Positions 10,363 through 20,500 of a DNA stretch of 64,000 nt are shown here, in pieces. The DNA is from Rhodanobacter sp. (GTDB lineage: Bacteria; Pseudomonadota; Gammaproteobacteria; Xanthomonadales; Rhodanobacteraceae). The stretch's first letter is position 1; the number at the start of each line of letters is the position of its first letter. The notes under the pieces are model-generated. The model was not told the DNA's origin, did no database searches, and saw nothing but the letters and a program-made list of their open reading frames with translations. The DNA lies in contig DATMTH010000024.1 in the NCBI GenBank assembly GCA_035564915.1, forward strand, positions 1,095 through 65,094. The letters are read 5' to 3'. The position numbers and the translations under genes were made by a program.

Positions 10363-11307
10363 ATGAACTCGTCCCACACCCATTCGCACGATCATGCCCA
10401 CGCGCACACGGATGCTGTCGTTGGCCTCGGTCGGCGCGGCAAGCTGCTGTTCGCGCTGGTGTTGACCACCTTGATGATGGTGGCCGAGGTGATCGGGGGG
10501 TTCTGGTCGGGCTCGCTGGCCCTGCTGGCGGATGCCGGTCACATGATGGTCGATGCACTGGCATTGCTGCTGGCGGTGGTCGGTACGGTCATGGCGGCAC
10601 GACCTGCCGATGCGCGGCGCAGTTATGGTTATGGCCGGATCGAGGTGCTGGTCGGTTTCGTCAATGCGCTGAGTCAGTTCGTGCTGGTCGGCTGGATCTT
10701 CTACGAGGCGATAGACCGGTTGCTGCACCCGGGGCCGATCCTGTCCGGTGTGATGCTTGTCGTGGCGGTCGTCGGCCTGCTGGTGAACGGCCTGGTGTTG
10801 CGTACCCTGCATGGGCACGCCCATGACGACGTCAATCTGGCTGGCGCCAGCCTGCATGTACTGGGCGATCTGCTCGGATCGCTGGCGGCAGTGCTGGCCG
10901 CGTTGGCGATTCGCTGGTTTGGCTGGCTGTGGGCCGATCCGGTACTGTCGCTGCTGGTTTCGCTGCTGATCCTGGGCAGCGCCTGGCGGTTGCTGCGGTT
11001 GTCTGCGCACATCCTGCTCGAAGGCGTTCCCGACGGGATGGACTCTGCATTGGTCGAAGCCTCCTTGCGCGAAGCGGATCCCGCCATCCGCGATGTCCAC
11101 CATCTGCATGTGTGGCAACTGGCCTCGGGTTCGCGCATGGCCACCCTGCATGCCGAGCTGCATGAACCGGCCGACAGTGCCCGGGTACTGCGGGCGATCA
11201 AGACGGTGTTGATGGAGCGCTTCCAGATCCAGCACGTGACGGTGCAAGTCGACTCCGGCGAGTGCCCGGATCAGGAACCGGGCTGTGTCGGGCATCGCCA
11301 CGGCTGA
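10363..11307 (+). CDS. Cation diffusion facilitator (CzcD/ZitB-like Zn/Co/Cd exporter)
   Basis: SGSLALLADAGHM..D, SYGYGRIE, LHVLGDLLGS, VHHLHVW, His-rich N-terminus. Confidence 0.92.
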   Translation: MNSSHTHSHDHAHAHTDAVVGLGRRGKLLFALVLTTLMMVAEVIGGFWSGSLALLADAGHMMVDALALLLAVVGTVMAARPADARRSYGYGRIEVLVGFVNALSQFVLVGWIFYEAIDRLLHPGPILSGVMLVVAVVGLLVNGLVLRTLHGHAHDDVNLAGASLHVLGDLLGSLAAVLAALAIRWFGWLWADPVLSLLVSLLILGSAWRLLRLSAHILLEGVPDGMDSALVEASLREADPAIRDVHHLHVWQLASGSRMATLHAELHEPADSARVLRAIKTVLMERFQIQHVTVQVDSGECPDQEPGCVGHRHG

Positions 11308-11373
11308 CTATGGCGTTTGCTCCGGCACTGCTATGATGGGTGACCATTCATTCAGCAAATCCAAGGTGTTCCC

Positions 11374-11535
11374 ATGGGCAAGGGCGATCGCAAGACCCGT
11401 CGCGGCAAGATCAATCGCAGCAGCTACGGCAATTCGCGTGCGCATACCGCCGCACCGGCCGTGGTCGGCGCCAAGGCGACCGTGACCAGGTCGGCTGCTG
11501 CCAAGAAAGCTGCGCCGAAGAAGAAGTCGGCCTGA
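11374..11535 (+). CDS. 30S ribosomal protein THX (bTHX), 53 aa; not in the ORF track
   Basis: Own translation MGKGDRKTRRGKINRSSYGNSRAHTAAPAVVGAKATVTRSAAAKKAAPKKKSA; MGKGD.KT.RGKI..G/SYG is the THX signature; AAGGTG RBS; terminator follows. Confidence 0.88.
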   Translation: MGKGDRKTRRGKINRSSYGNSRAHTAAPAVVGAKATVTRSAAAKKAAPKKKSA

Positions 11536-11559
11536 GTCGGCCGTTTCATCGATGACCCG

Positions 11560-11586
11560 AAACCCCGCTCCGGCGGGGTTTTTGTT
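11560..11586 (+). terminator. Intrinsic terminator after the THX gene
   Basis: AAACCCCGC-TCCG-GCGGGGTTT followed by TTGTT. Confidence 0.85.
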
Positions 11587-11718
11587 GGCGGGGCCATGGT
11601 TTGACGGCTGCCTCCGGGCAGTGCGGCCGTTTTGGCGGCTTGCCGGGAGGGTGGCGAGCCGGTGCGTCATGCGCCGGCTCGGTTCCGCGAACCGGACGGC
11701 AGCCGCCTCGAATCGAAA

Positions 11719-11754
11719 CCGCATCCGCATCCGCACCCGCACCCGCACCCGCAC
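11719..11754. repeat. Hexanucleotide tandem repeat (CCGCAY)6
   Basis: ccgcat x2 then ccgcac x4, read directly. Confidence 0.9.
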
Positions 11755-11768
11755 CCGAGACTACCCGT

Positions 11769-11797
11769 TTGCTGCCATGCATCATGCCGTGTATCAT
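11769..11797 (+). promoter_or_regulatory. Putative sigma70 promoter of the his operon
   Basis: TTGCTG-N17-TATCAT upstream of yerC-hisG. Confidence 0.55.
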
Positions 11798-11807
11798 GCG
11801 CTGCATC

Positions 11808-11825
11808 GTATTAACGCATTAGTAC
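11808..11825. promoter_or_regulatory. TrpR-like operator, probably bound by the YerC/YecD regulator
   Basis: GTATTA-ACGCAT-TAGTAC has the architecture of the TrpR operator GTACTA-N6-TAGTAC and sits 3 nt before the yerC ATG. Confidence 0.65.
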
Positions 11826-11828
11826 ATT

Positions 11829-12167
11829 ATGAAACGCCGATCGCTTGATCCGGAGACCCCCGTCGAATCCGCCGAGCAGAGCCTTTACCAGGCCCTGTTG
11901 TCGATGAAGAACAGCGAGGAAATGGGTGCCTTCCTGTGCGACCTGTGCACGCCGGCCGAGCTGGAGGTGCTGGTGGATCGCTGGCGGGTGGTGCCGTATC
12001 TGCTCGAAGGCGTTTCATACCGGGAGATCCATGAGCGCACCGCGGTCAGCATCACCACGATCGGCCGCGTGGCGCGTTACCTCAACCAGGGCAGTGGCGG
12101 CTATCTGGCAGCGGCAGCACGGGCGGCACGGCGGCAATCCATCGCGGCAAGGAAAACTAAAGCATGA
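11829..12167 (+). CDS. YerC/YecD family TrpR-related regulator (probable his repressor)
   Basis: FLCDLCTPAEL..L..RWRVV..L..G.SYREI..T.VSITTIGRVAR; overlaps the hisG start. Confidence 0.9.
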   Translation: MKRRSLDPETPVESAEQSLYQALLSMKNSEEMGAFLCDLCTPAELEVLVDRWRVVPYLLEGVSYREIHERTAVSITTIGRVARYLNQGSGGYLAAAARAARRQSIAARKTKA

Positions 12168-13060
12168 AGACACGTGATCGCCTGCGCATCGCGATGCAGA
12201 AATCCGGCCGCCTGACCGAGCCGGCACTGGATATCCTCAATCGCTGCGGGCTCAGCTTCCGGCAAAGTCGCGACAAGCTGTTCTGCTTCGGCGAGGGCGA
12301 ACCGGTCGACCTGCTGCTGGTGCGCGATGACGATATCCCGGGCCTGATCGCCCAAGGGGTATGCGATCTCGGCATCGTCGGCCGCAATGTGCTGAATGAA
12401 TTCCAGCTCACCCCGGGCGGACTCGAGGCGGAACCGCTCACCGAACTGCGCCCGCTGGGTTTTGGCCGCTGCCGCCTGTCGATCGCGGTACCCAACGAGC
12501 TGGACTATGAAGGTCCGCAGCACCTGGAAGGGCGGCGTATCGCCACGTCCTATCCGGGCTTGCTTGGGGCATGGCTGCGCACGCGTGCAATCGACGCCGG
12601 CGTGGTCACGCTGGCCGGATCGGTTGAAATCGCGCCCAAGCTGGGTACCGCCGACGCCATCTGCGACCTGGTCCAGAGCGGCGGCACCCTGATTGCCAAC
12701 CAGTTGCGCGAAACCGAAGTGCTGCTGGAAAGCGAAGCCGTGCTGGCCGGCCCGTTGAGCCTGCCGGCGGACGAACGTGGCGACATGCTGGAGTTGCTGC
12801 TGAAGCGGCTGGATGGCGTGATCCAGGTGCGTGAGTCGCGCCTGCTGCTGTTGCAGACTTCGCGGGCGACACTGGAAGCGGTAACCCGACTGCTGCCCGG
12901 TGGCCCGCAACCGACCCTGATGCCGCTGGCCGGTCAGCCGGATCAGCTGCTGCTGCAGGCATTGTGCGCCGGCGAGGTCAGCTGGCGACAACTGGAAGAA
13001 ATCAAGAAAGCCGGTGCACGCGAAATGTTCGTGCTGCCGGTGGAGAAAATGCTGGCATGA
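12164..13060 (+). CDS. hisG: ATP phosphoribosyltransferase (long form)
   Basis: [40 protein letters not shown]. Confidence 0.96.
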   Translation: MKTRDRLRIAMQKSGRLTEPALDILNRCGLSFRQSRDKLFCFGEGEPVDLLLVRDDDIPGLIAQGVCDLGIVGRNVLNEFQLTPGGLEAEPLTELRPLGFGRCRLSIAVPNELDYEGPQHLEGRRIATSYPGLLGAWLRTRAIDAGVVTLAGSVEIAPKLGTADAICDLVQSGGTLIANQLRETEVLLESEAVLAGPLSLPADERGDMLELLLKRLDGVIQVRESRLLLLQTSRATLEAVTRLLPGGPQPTLMPLAGQPDQLLLQALCAGEVSWRQLEEIKKAGAREMFVLPVEKMLA

Positions 13061-14409
13061 CACAGGTGGACGAGGAGCAAACCGGCATGAATCCCGCGGG
13101 CATGAAGCGCCTGGACTGGAACGCGTTGACGGACACTGGCCGAAACCAGGCGCTGGCCCGCCCGCCGCAGTCACGCGCCAACGAGTTGCGTGCCGGCGTC
13201 GCGGACATCATTGCCGATGTGCGCCAGCGTGGCGATGAGGCCTTGCTCGCGTTGAGCGCAACCCATGATCACTGCACGCTGGATGCAGTCGAAGTGGACG
13301 AAGCCGAATTTGCGGCTGCCGAGGCGGCACTCGCGCCGGCATTGAAGGCGGCGATCCGCGAGGCGGCTGGTCGCATCGAGCACTTCCATCGTGTCGCCGC
13401 ACCGCGGCCAGTGGTGGTCGAGACGGCGCCTGGCGTTCGCGTGGAACGTGTCCTGCGTCCGGTCAGCCGGGTCGGCCTGTATGTGCCGGCCGGCAGTGCG
13501 CCGCTGCCATCGACCGCGTTGATGCTGGGCGTGCCGGCAAAAATTGCCGGATGTCGCGAAGTGGTGCTGTGTTCGCCGGCGCGTGTCGACGGGCGTTGCG
13601 ACGAGGCGGTGTTGTACGCCGCACGGCTCACCGGCGTGCACAAGGTGTTCAAGCTCGGCGGCGCACAGGCGATCGCGGCGATGGCCTACGGCACCGCCAG
13701 CGTGCCCAGGTGCGACAAGCTGTTCGGGCCCGGCAATGCCTGGGTCACCGAGGCGAAGCTGCAGGTGTCGTCCGATCCGGACGGCGCGGCGATCGACATG
13801 CCGGCTGGCCCGTCCGAAGTACTGGTGATTGCCGATGCGCAGGCCAATCCGGTGTTCGTCGCCGCCGACCTGCTGTCGCAGGCCGAGCATGGCCCGGATT
13901 CGCAGGTGATCCTGCTCAGCCCATCGGCTGACTTGCTCGACAAGGCCGCCGCGGAAGTCGCGCGGCAGTGTGCCGAGTTGCCGCGCAATGGCATCGCCAG
14001 CCATGCCTTGATGCAGAGTCGGTTGATCCTGGTCGAAACGCTGGAGCAGGCCGTGGAGGTCAGCAACCGCTACGCGCCGGAGCACCTGATCCTGCAGGTG
14101 GCCGAACCCCGTGCATTGCTCGCTGGCATCGACAGCGCCGGTTCGGTGTTTCTCGGCCAGTGGACGCCCGAATCCGTCGGCGACTATTGCAGCGGCAGCA
14201 ACCACGTGCTGCCGACCTACGGCTACGCGCGCAGCTACAGCGGCGTGTCGGTGGCCAGTTTCCAGAAGCAGATCAGCGTGCAGGAAGTCTCCGCCGAAGG
14301 CTTGCGCAACATCGGCCCTTGCACGGCGACACTGGCCGCGGCCGAGCAACTGGAGGCGCATCGCCGCGCGGTAACCTTGCGCCTGGCCGCATTGGAGCCA
14401 ACAGCATGA
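13057..14409 (+). CDS. hisD: Histidinol dehydrogenase
   Basis: [52 protein letters not shown]; start 13057 (overlapping the hisG stop) or 13102. Confidence 0.96.
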   Translation: MTQVDEEQTGMNPAGMKRLDWNALTDTGRNQALARPPQSRANELRAGVADIIADVRQRGDEALLALSATHDHCTLDAVEVDEAEFAAAEAALAPALKAAIREAAGRIEHFHRVAAPRPVVVETAPGVRVERVLRPVSRVGLYVPAGSAPLPSTALMLGVPAKIAGCREVVLCSPARVDGRCDEAVLYAARLTGVHKVFKLGGAQAIAAMAYGTASVPRCDKLFGPGNAWVTEAKLQVSSDPDGAAIDMPAGPSEVLVIADAQANPVFVAADLLSQAEHGPDSQVILLSPSADLLDKAAAEVARQCAELPRNGIASHALMQSRLILVETLEQAVEVSNRYAPEHLILQVAEPRALLAGIDSAGSVFLGQWTPESVGDYCSGSNHVLPTYGYARSYSGVSVASFQKQISVQEVSAEGLRNIGPCTATLAAAEQLEAHRRAVTLRLAALEPTA

Positions 14410-15467
14410 GCGTACTCGATCTGGCCAGGCCGGAAATCCTGGCGATGCAGCCGTATTCGTCCGCCCGCATGGAAGCCGCCGGTGGTGCGATCTGGCTCAA
14501 CGCGAATGAATCACCGTGGGCACCCGCGGGTGACGGTGGCGTGGGTTGCAATCGCTACCCCGAGCCGCAGCCGGCCGAGCTGGTCGAGGCGCTTGCCACG
14601 CTGCACGGTGTACAGCATGCGCAGGTGCTGGTTACCCGCGGCAGCGACGAGGGAATCGACCTGCTGGTGCGCGCATTCTGCCGCGCCGGCAAGGACGCGA
14701 TCCTGATCCAGCCGCCGACCTTCGGCATGTATGCGATCTATGCCCAGACCCAGAATGCGGCCGTGATCGAAGTGCCGCTGACACGCGACTTCAGCGTCGA
14801 CGTGGATGAGCTGCTCGCCGCGGTCACTCCCGCGGTCAAGCTGACCTTCGTGTGTACACCGAACAATCCGAGCGGGCAGCGCGTGCCGCGTGCCAGCATC
14901 GAGCGGCTGGCCGGGGCGCTGCAGGGACGTTCCGTGCTGGTGGTCGACGAGGCGTATGTCGAGTTCGACGATGAAGCCAGCGTGGTCGACCTGATCGACC
15001 GGCATGACAATCTCGCTGTCCTGCGCACGCTGTCCAAGGCCTGGGCGCTGGCCGGCGCGCGGGTGGGTTGTGTGCTGGCGAACGCGGCGGTGATCGGGCT
15101 GTTGCGCAGGATCATCGCGCCGTATCCCCTGCCGCGTCCCTGCGTTGCGGCAGCGCTGGCTGCCCTGTCGACGGAAGGGCAGGTGGTGGCGCGGACTCAT
15201 CTGGAGACCATTCGGGCACAGCGGGTACGGATGCAGCTTGCACTGCGCACCGTGCCCGGCGTGCGCGAGGTACTGCCTTCGGCGACGAATTTCCTGGCAG
15301 TACGTTTCGATGATGCCGAGGCGATCAATCAGCGGCTGCTCGCAGCCGGCATCGTGGTGCGCGATATCCGCCGCTATCCGAATCTTGGCGATGCCTTGCG
15401 CATCACCATCGGTAGCGCGCAGGAGAACGATCGCGTATTGGCCGTACTTGCGGAGGTGCAGGCATGA
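14406..15467 (+). CDS. hisC: Histidinol-phosphate aminotransferase
   Basis: [37 protein letters not shown]. Confidence 0.96.
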   Translation: MSVLDLARPEILAMQPYSSARMEAAGGAIWLNANESPWAPAGDGGVGCNRYPEPQPAELVEALATLHGVQHAQVLVTRGSDEGIDLLVRAFCRAGKDAILIQPPTFGMYAIYAQTQNAAVIEVPLTRDFSVDVDELLAAVTPAVKLTFVCTPNNPSGQRVPRASIERLAGALQGRSVLVVDEAYVEFDDEASVVDLIDRHDNLAVLRTLSKAWALAGARVGCVLANAAVIGLLRRIIAPYPLPRPCVAAALAALSTEGQVVARTHLETIRAQRVRMQLALRTVPGVREVLPSATNFLAVRFDDAEAINQRLLAAGIVVRDIRRYPNLGDALRITIGSAQENDRVLAVLAEVQA

Positions 15468-15476
15468 TCCACAACT

Positions 15477-15550
15477 GCAGGAGTGCACCCTGTGCGCGAA
15501 AACCAGGTTGCGACGCGGTCACGCATTTCGCGCACAGAGTGCGCTCTTGC
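15477..15550. repeat. REP-like inverted-repeat doublet between hisC and hisB
   Basis: GCAGGAGTGCACCCTGTGCGCGAAA (15477-15501) pairs with TTTCGCGCACAGAGTGCGCTCTTGC (15526-15550). Confidence 0.75.
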
Positions 15551-15570
15551 GTGGTTGCAGGGAGGTTTCG

Positions 15571-16635
15571 GTGAGTCGCAAGATTCTCTTCGTCGATCGC
15601 GACGGCTGCCTGATCGAGGAGCCTGCCGATGAGCAGGTCGACACGTTCGGGAAGCTGGCGTTGCTGCCGGGCGTGATCGCCGCCTTGCAGCGCTTCGTGG
15701 CGGCTGGCTACGAGCTGGTGATGGTGACCAATCAGGATGGCCTGGGCACCGACAGTTTTCCGGCAGCCGATTTCAGCGGCCCGCACGAATTGCTGCTCGG
15801 CATCTTCGCCTCGCAAGGCATCCGCTTTCGCGAAGTGTTGATCGACCGCAGCTTTCCGCATCAAGGCCTGGATACGCGCAAGCCGGGCATCGGGCTGGCG
15901 CGCCACTATCTCGCCGACGACAGCTGGAGCCGCGCCGCGTCGGCGATGGTCGGCGATCGTGACACCGACCTGCAGTTTGCCGCCAACCTCGGCGTGCGCG
16001 GTTGCCGGGTCGGTCCGCTCGGCGTGAGCTGGGAAGCACTGGCGCACGAGCTGCTCGACGCGCCGCGCACCGCCAGCGTGGTGCGCCATACGAAGGAAAC
16101 CCGCATCACGGTCAAGGTGGACCTGGATCGCGTGGCCGAGCCGACGGCGCATACCGGCCTGGGCTTCTTCGACCACATGCTGGAACAGATCGGCAAGCAC
16201 GGCGGCTTCGCGCTGGAGCTGCACTGCGATGGCGACACCCATATTGACGAGCACCACACCATCGAGGATTGCGCGCTGGCGCTGGGGCAGGCGCTGAAGC
16301 AGGCACTGGGCGACAAGCGCGGCATCGGCCGCTACGGTTTCACCCTGCCGATGGACGAGTCGCAGGCCAGCGCGGCGCTGGATCTGTCCGGCCGGCCGTA
16401 CTTCGTGTTCGAAGGCAGTTTTCCGCGCGAGCGCGTGGGCGAGGTACCGACCGAACTGGTACCGCATTTCTTCCGTTCGCTGTGCGAGACGCTGGGCGCC
16501 AACCTGCACCTGAGCGTACGCGGCGACAATGCGCATCACATGGTCGAGGCCTGCTTCAAGGTCGTCGCGCGCACGCTGCGCCAGGCGGTCCGTCGCGAAG
16601 GCAGCGAGCTGCCCAGCACCAAGGGCACACTCTGA
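15571..16635 (+). CDS. hisB: Bifunctional histidinol-phosphatase / imidazoleglycerol-phosphate dehydratase
   Basis: HAD motif [16 protein letters not shown]; IGPD motifs [22 protein letters not shown]; GTG start after GGAGG. Confidence 0.96.
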   Translation: MSRKILFVDRDGCLIEEPADEQVDTFGKLALLPGVIAALQRFVAAGYELVMVTNQDGLGTDSFPAADFSGPHELLLGIFASQGIRFREVLIDRSFPHQGLDTRKPGIGLARHYLADDSWSRAASAMVGDRDTDLQFAANLGVRGCRVGPLGVSWEALAHELLDAPRTASVVRHTKETRITVKVDLDRVAEPTAHTGLGFFDHMLEQIGKHGGFALELHCDGDTHIDEHHTIEDCALALGQALKQALGDKRGIGRYGFTLPMDESQASAALDLSGRPYFVFEGSFPRERVGEVPTELVPHFFRSLCETLGANLHLSVRGDNAHHMVEACFKVVARTLRQAVRREGSELPSTKGTL

Positions 16636-17225
16636 TGGGCGTGGTTCTGGTCGATGCCGGCGGCACCAATATCGGTTCGGTGCGTTATGCCCTGCAGCGG
16701 CTCGGCGTGGATGCCGCATTGACCGCGGATGCCGCCGTCATCCGCGGCGCCGACAAGGTGATCCTGCCCGGGGTGGGCGCGGCCGGTCCGGGCATGGCGC
16801 GGCTGCGCGAGCTTGGCCTGGTCGAGCTGCTGCGCTCGCTGACCCGGCCGGTGCTCGGCGTGTGCCTCGGCATGCAACTGCTTTGCGCGCATTCGGAAGA
16901 GGGTGATACCGCGTGCCTTGGATTGATCCCCGCGCCGGTGCGCCGCTTCATCGAGGCACCTGGCCTGCGCGTGCCGCACATGGGCTGGAACCGCGTCACC
17001 GCGCAGCGCGAGCACCCGCTGCTGGCCGGTCTGGGTGATGACGAGCAGGCTTACTTCGTACACAGCTACGCGGTGCCCACGGGCGCGTGGACGCTGGCCA
17101 GCAGCGACCATGGCACGCCGTTCTCCGCGGTGATCGCACGCGACAATTTCCACGGCATGCAATTTCATCCCGAGCGCTCGGCGGCGGTTGGCGCCAGGCT
17201 CCTGCAGAATTTTCTCGACCTATGA
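16635..17225 (+). CDS. hisH: Imidazole glycerol phosphate synthase glutaminase subunit
   Basis: ILPGVG, GVCLGMQ, PHMGWN, YFVHSY, QFHPERS. Confidence 0.96.
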   Translation: MGVVLVDAGGTNIGSVRYALQRLGVDAALTADAAVIRGADKVILPGVGAAGPGMARLRELGLVELLRSLTRPVLGVCLGMQLLCAHSEEGDTACLGLIPAPVRRFIEAPGLRVPHMGWNRVTAQREHPLLAGLGDDEQAYFVHSYAVPTGAWTLASSDHGTPFSAVIARDNFHGMQFHPERSAAVGARLLQNFLDL

Positions 17226-17950
17226 CTTTTGAAGTGATCCCCGCGATCGACCTGCGTGGCGGGCAGGTGGTGCGCCTGAAACAGGGCGACTACGCACGGC
17301 AAACGACTTACGCCAGCGACCCTCGTGGCGTTGCCGCAGCCTATGCGCAAGCGGGCGCGAGGTGGCTGCATCTGGTGGATCTGGATGGCGCGCGCTCGGG
17401 CAATCTCGACAATCTTGCCGTGGTCGCCGCGATCGCCGGCGACGGCATGGCGATCCAGGCCGGCGGCGGCGTGCGCGAGGAGGCCGACCTGCAACGCCTG
17501 TTCGACGCCGGCGTGCAGCGCGTGGTGCTGGGCAGCGTGGCGATCCGCGATCCCGAACGCGTCGCCGGCTGGCTGGCAACCTATGGCGCCGAGCGATTGA
17601 CCCTGGCGCTGGACACGCGTCGCCTCGACGGTCGTTGGGCCTTGCCCAGCGCGGGCTGGACCGAAGTCGAGGTGCGCACGCTGGACGAACTGGCCCCGTG
17701 GTACGCCGCGCGCGGTGCGCGTCACCTGCTGTGCACCGACATCGACCGCGACGGCATGCTGGCCGGCTTCAATCTCGATCTGTATCGACACCTCGCCGAC
17801 AGCGTGCCGCAGTTGGCGGTGCAAGCTTCTGGCGGGGTGCGTTCGCTGGACGATATCCGCGCGGCGCGCGCGGCCGGCGCGCGCGGCGTGATCCTCGGTC
17901 GCGCGCTGCTGGAAGGGCGCTTCACCGTGGAGGAGGCACGCGCATGCTGA
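17222..17950 (+). CDS. hisA: ProFAR isomerase
   Basis: [39 protein letters not shown]. Confidence 0.96.
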   Translation: MTFEVIPAIDLRGGQVVRLKQGDYARQTTYASDPRGVAAAYAQAGARWLHLVDLDGARSGNLDNLAVVAAIAGDGMAIQAGGGVREEADLQRLFDAGVQRVVLGSVAIRDPERVAGWLATYGAERLTLALDTRRLDGRWALPSAGWTEVEVRTLDELAPWYAARGARHLLCTDIDRDGMLAGFNLDLYRHLADSVPQLAVQASGGVRSLDDIRAARAAGARGVILGRALLEGRFTVEEARAC

Positions 17951-18714
17951 GCCGCCGCATCATTCCCTGCCTCGACGTGCGCGACGGCCAGGTGGTCAAG
18001 GGCGTGCGTTTTCGCGACCACGTGGTGATGGGCGAGATCGTCGAGCTGGCCCTGCGCTATCGCGACGAAGGCGCCGACGAGCTGGTGTTCTACGACATCA
18101 CGGCCAGCCCCGAAGGGCGCAGCGTGGATCGCGCATGGGTGGAGAAGGTCGCCCGCGTGATCGACATCCCGTTCTGCGTTGCCGGCGGCATCCGTTCGGT
18201 CGACGAGGCGCGCGCCGTGCTGCATGCCGGCGCCGACAAGATCTCGGTGAACTCGCCCGCGCTGGAGCGTCCGGCGCTGATCGACGAGCTCGCTGCCGCG
18301 TTCGGCGTGCAGTGCGTGGTGGTCGGCATCGACTCACTGCGCGATGCCGATGGCGAGTGGCACGTGCGCCAGTACACCGGCGATCCTTCGAAAACGCAGG
18401 CATTGCCGCGTCGCACGCTGGACTGGATGATCGAGGTGCAGCGACGCGGTGCCGGCGAAATCGTGCTCAACTGCATGGGCAGCGACGGCGTGCGCCGCGG
18501 CTATGACCTCGAGCAGTTGTCGGTAGCACGGGCGATCTGCCATGTGCCGCTGATCGCCTCCGGTGGCGCGGGCGAGCCGGAGCATTTTCGCGACGTCTTC
18601 GCCGAGGCCGATGTGGACGGTGCGCTGGCCGCCAGTGTGTTCCACTCCGGCGCCATCGCGATCCCCGCGCTCAAGCGCTACCTGCATGGCCATGGCGTTC
18701 CGGTGCGTTTGTGA
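17944..18714 (+). CDS. hisF: Imidazole glycerol phosphate synthase cyclase subunit
   Basis: [46 protein letters not shown]. Confidence 0.96.
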   Translation: MLSRRIIPCLDVRDGQVVKGVRFRDHVVMGEIVELALRYRDEGADELVFYDITASPEGRSVDRAWVEKVARVIDIPFCVAGGIRSVDEARAVLHAGADKISVNSPALERPALIDELAAAFGVQCVVVGIDSLRDADGEWHVRQYTGDPSKTQALPRRTLDWMIEVQRRGAGEIVLNCMGSDGVRRGYDLEQLSVARAICHVPLIASGGAGEPEHFRDVFAEADVDGALAASVFHSGAIAIPALKRYLHGHGVPVRL

Positions 18715-18733
18715 GTCTCATGGGAAGACAGTG

Positions 18734-19360
18734 ATGAATGATGCCAACACCGATGTCAGCCGTCTCGACTGGGCCAAGGGCGGCGGCCTGCTGCCGGCGA
18801 TCGTGCAGCACTGGCTCAGCGGCGAAGTGCTGATGCTCGGTTACATGAACGCCGAGGCGCTGGCGCGAACCGAAGCCAGCGGCCACGTCACCTTCTACAG
18901 CCGCAGCAAGCAGCGCCTGTGGACCAAGGGTGAAAGCTCGGGGCACGTGCTGGTTTTGAAATCGATCCGCATCGACTGTGACGCCGATACCTTGCTGATC
19001 CAGGCCGACCCGCACGGCCCCACCTGCCACATCGGCACCTCCAGCTGCTTTGGCGACAGCGTCGACGTGCGTCCGCCACTGGGTTTTCTCGCCGAACTCG
19101 ATGCGCTGGTCGCGCAGCGCCACGCCGATCGACCCGAAGGCAGCTACACCACCAGGCTGTTCGATGGCGGCATCCGCCGCATCGCGCAGAAGGTGGGCGA
19201 GGAAGGCGTCGAGACGGCGCTGGCAGCGGTGGTACAAGACGACGGGGAATTGCTGGGCGAGGCGGCGGACCTGGTGTTCCATCTCACCGTGGCGTTGCGG
19301 GCACGCGGGTTGTCGCTGCGAGATGTGGCGGCGGTGTTGGCGAAACGGCACCGCGCCTGA
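18734..19360 (+). CDS. hisIE: Bifunctional phosphoribosyl-AMP cyclohydrolase / phosphoribosyl-ATP pyrophosphatase
   Basis: [43 protein letters not shown]. Confidence 0.96.
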   Translation: MNDANTDVSRLDWAKGGGLLPAIVQHWLSGEVLMLGYMNAEALARTEASGHVTFYSRSKQRLWTKGESSGHVLVLKSIRIDCDADTLLIQADPHGPTCHIGTSSCFGDSVDVRPPLGFLAELDALVAQRHADRPEGSYTTRLFDGGIRRIAQKVGEEGVETALAAVVQDDGELLGEAADLVFHLTVALRARGLSLRDVAAVLAKRHRA

Positions 19361-19454
19361 CCATGTCGACCTTCCCGCCCTTTCGTCCAGGCGATAGCCG
19401 ACCTCGCGCCGGATTGCGATCTTCGCACCAGTGCATCGAGGAGGCGTGCCTGCG

Positions 19455-20441
19455 ATGACTTGCCCGCCCGCTGGCATGGATGACACCCGTCGCCGTCTCC
19501 TGAAGCTCGCCGGACTTTCGGTCACGGTCATGGCGTTCGGCGGCACGCGGGCAGTTGCGCGTGCCGCGCAAAAGGCCGGCAACGCCGCACGAACAACCAG
19601 ACACTCGAAACTGATCCTGCTCGGCACGGCCGGCGGCCCGACGCCCAAGGCGGATCGCTCGGCGCCCGCCAACGCGATCGTGATCGGCGACGAGATCTAC
19701 ATCATCGACTGCGGCAACGGGGTGGCGCGACAGATGGTGAGGGCCGGGCTGGATCTTGGCCATATCCGCGATGTCTTCATCACCCACCAGCATTCCGACC
19801 ACAACGCCGACTACGGCAACCTGTTGTTGTTGGCGTGGGCCACCGACCTGCATTCGCAGGTGAACACGTATGGGCCGCCACCGCTGGCCGAGATGACCCG
19901 GCTGTTCCTGGACATGGATGCCAGCGACATCGGCATTCGAGAATCCGACGAGGGCCGACCGCCGCTGGCACGCTTGATCGTGCCGCACGAGATCCGCCGT
20001 GGCGGTCTGGTGATGCATGATGAGAATGTCAGAGTGACCGCGGCGCTGGTGCAGCATCCCCCGGTGGTGCCGGCGTTCGCCTACCGCTTCGATTGCCCTG
20101 ATCGCTCGATCGTGTTTTCCGGTGATACGCGTCCCTCCGACAATCTGGTCGAACTCGCGCACGGCGCCGACATCCTGGTGCACGAGGTGATCGATCTGAA
20201 GGCCATCGACCAGGTGGTGAAGGACGAAGCAATGGCGACGCGCCTGCGCGCGCATCTCGAAGCGGCGCACACCTCGATGTCGGAAGTCGGGCAGATCGCC
20301 ACCAGGGCGGGGGTCGAGACGCTGGTGCTGAACCACTTCGTGCCCGGCATGCCACCGATCCCGGATCAGGTCTGGATCGACGCGGTCAAGCCGCATTTCA
20401 AGGGGCGACTGGTCATCGGTCGCGACTTGATGGTGCTTTGA
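19455..20441 (+). CDS. Tat-exported MBL-fold metallo-hydrolase (RNase Z/arylsulfatase-like)
   Basis: TRRRLLKL twin-arginine signal; LLGTAGGP, IDCG, THQHSDH, FSGDT, LVHE, HT, LNH. Confidence 0.85.
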   Translation: MTCPPAGMDDTRRRLLKLAGLSVTVMAFGGTRAVARAAQKAGNAARTTRHSKLILLGTAGGPTPKADRSAPANAIVIGDEIYIIDCGNGVARQMVRAGLDLGHIRDVFITHQHSDHNADYGNLLLLAWATDLHSQVNTYGPPPLAEMTRLFLDMDASDIGIRESDEGRPPLARLIVPHEIRRGGLVMHDENVRVTAALVQHPPVVPAFAYRFDCPDRSIVFSGDTRPSDNLVELAHGADILVHEVIDLKAIDQVVKDEAMATRLRAHLEAAHTSMSEVGQIATRAGVETLVLNHFVPGMPPIPDQVWIDAVKPHFKGRLVIGRDLMVL

Positions 20442-20500
20442 CGCCGGGGGGAGAACAGGGCAGGAAAGCGGGATCGAGTCGAGTTCTGCTCCATCCGTGC

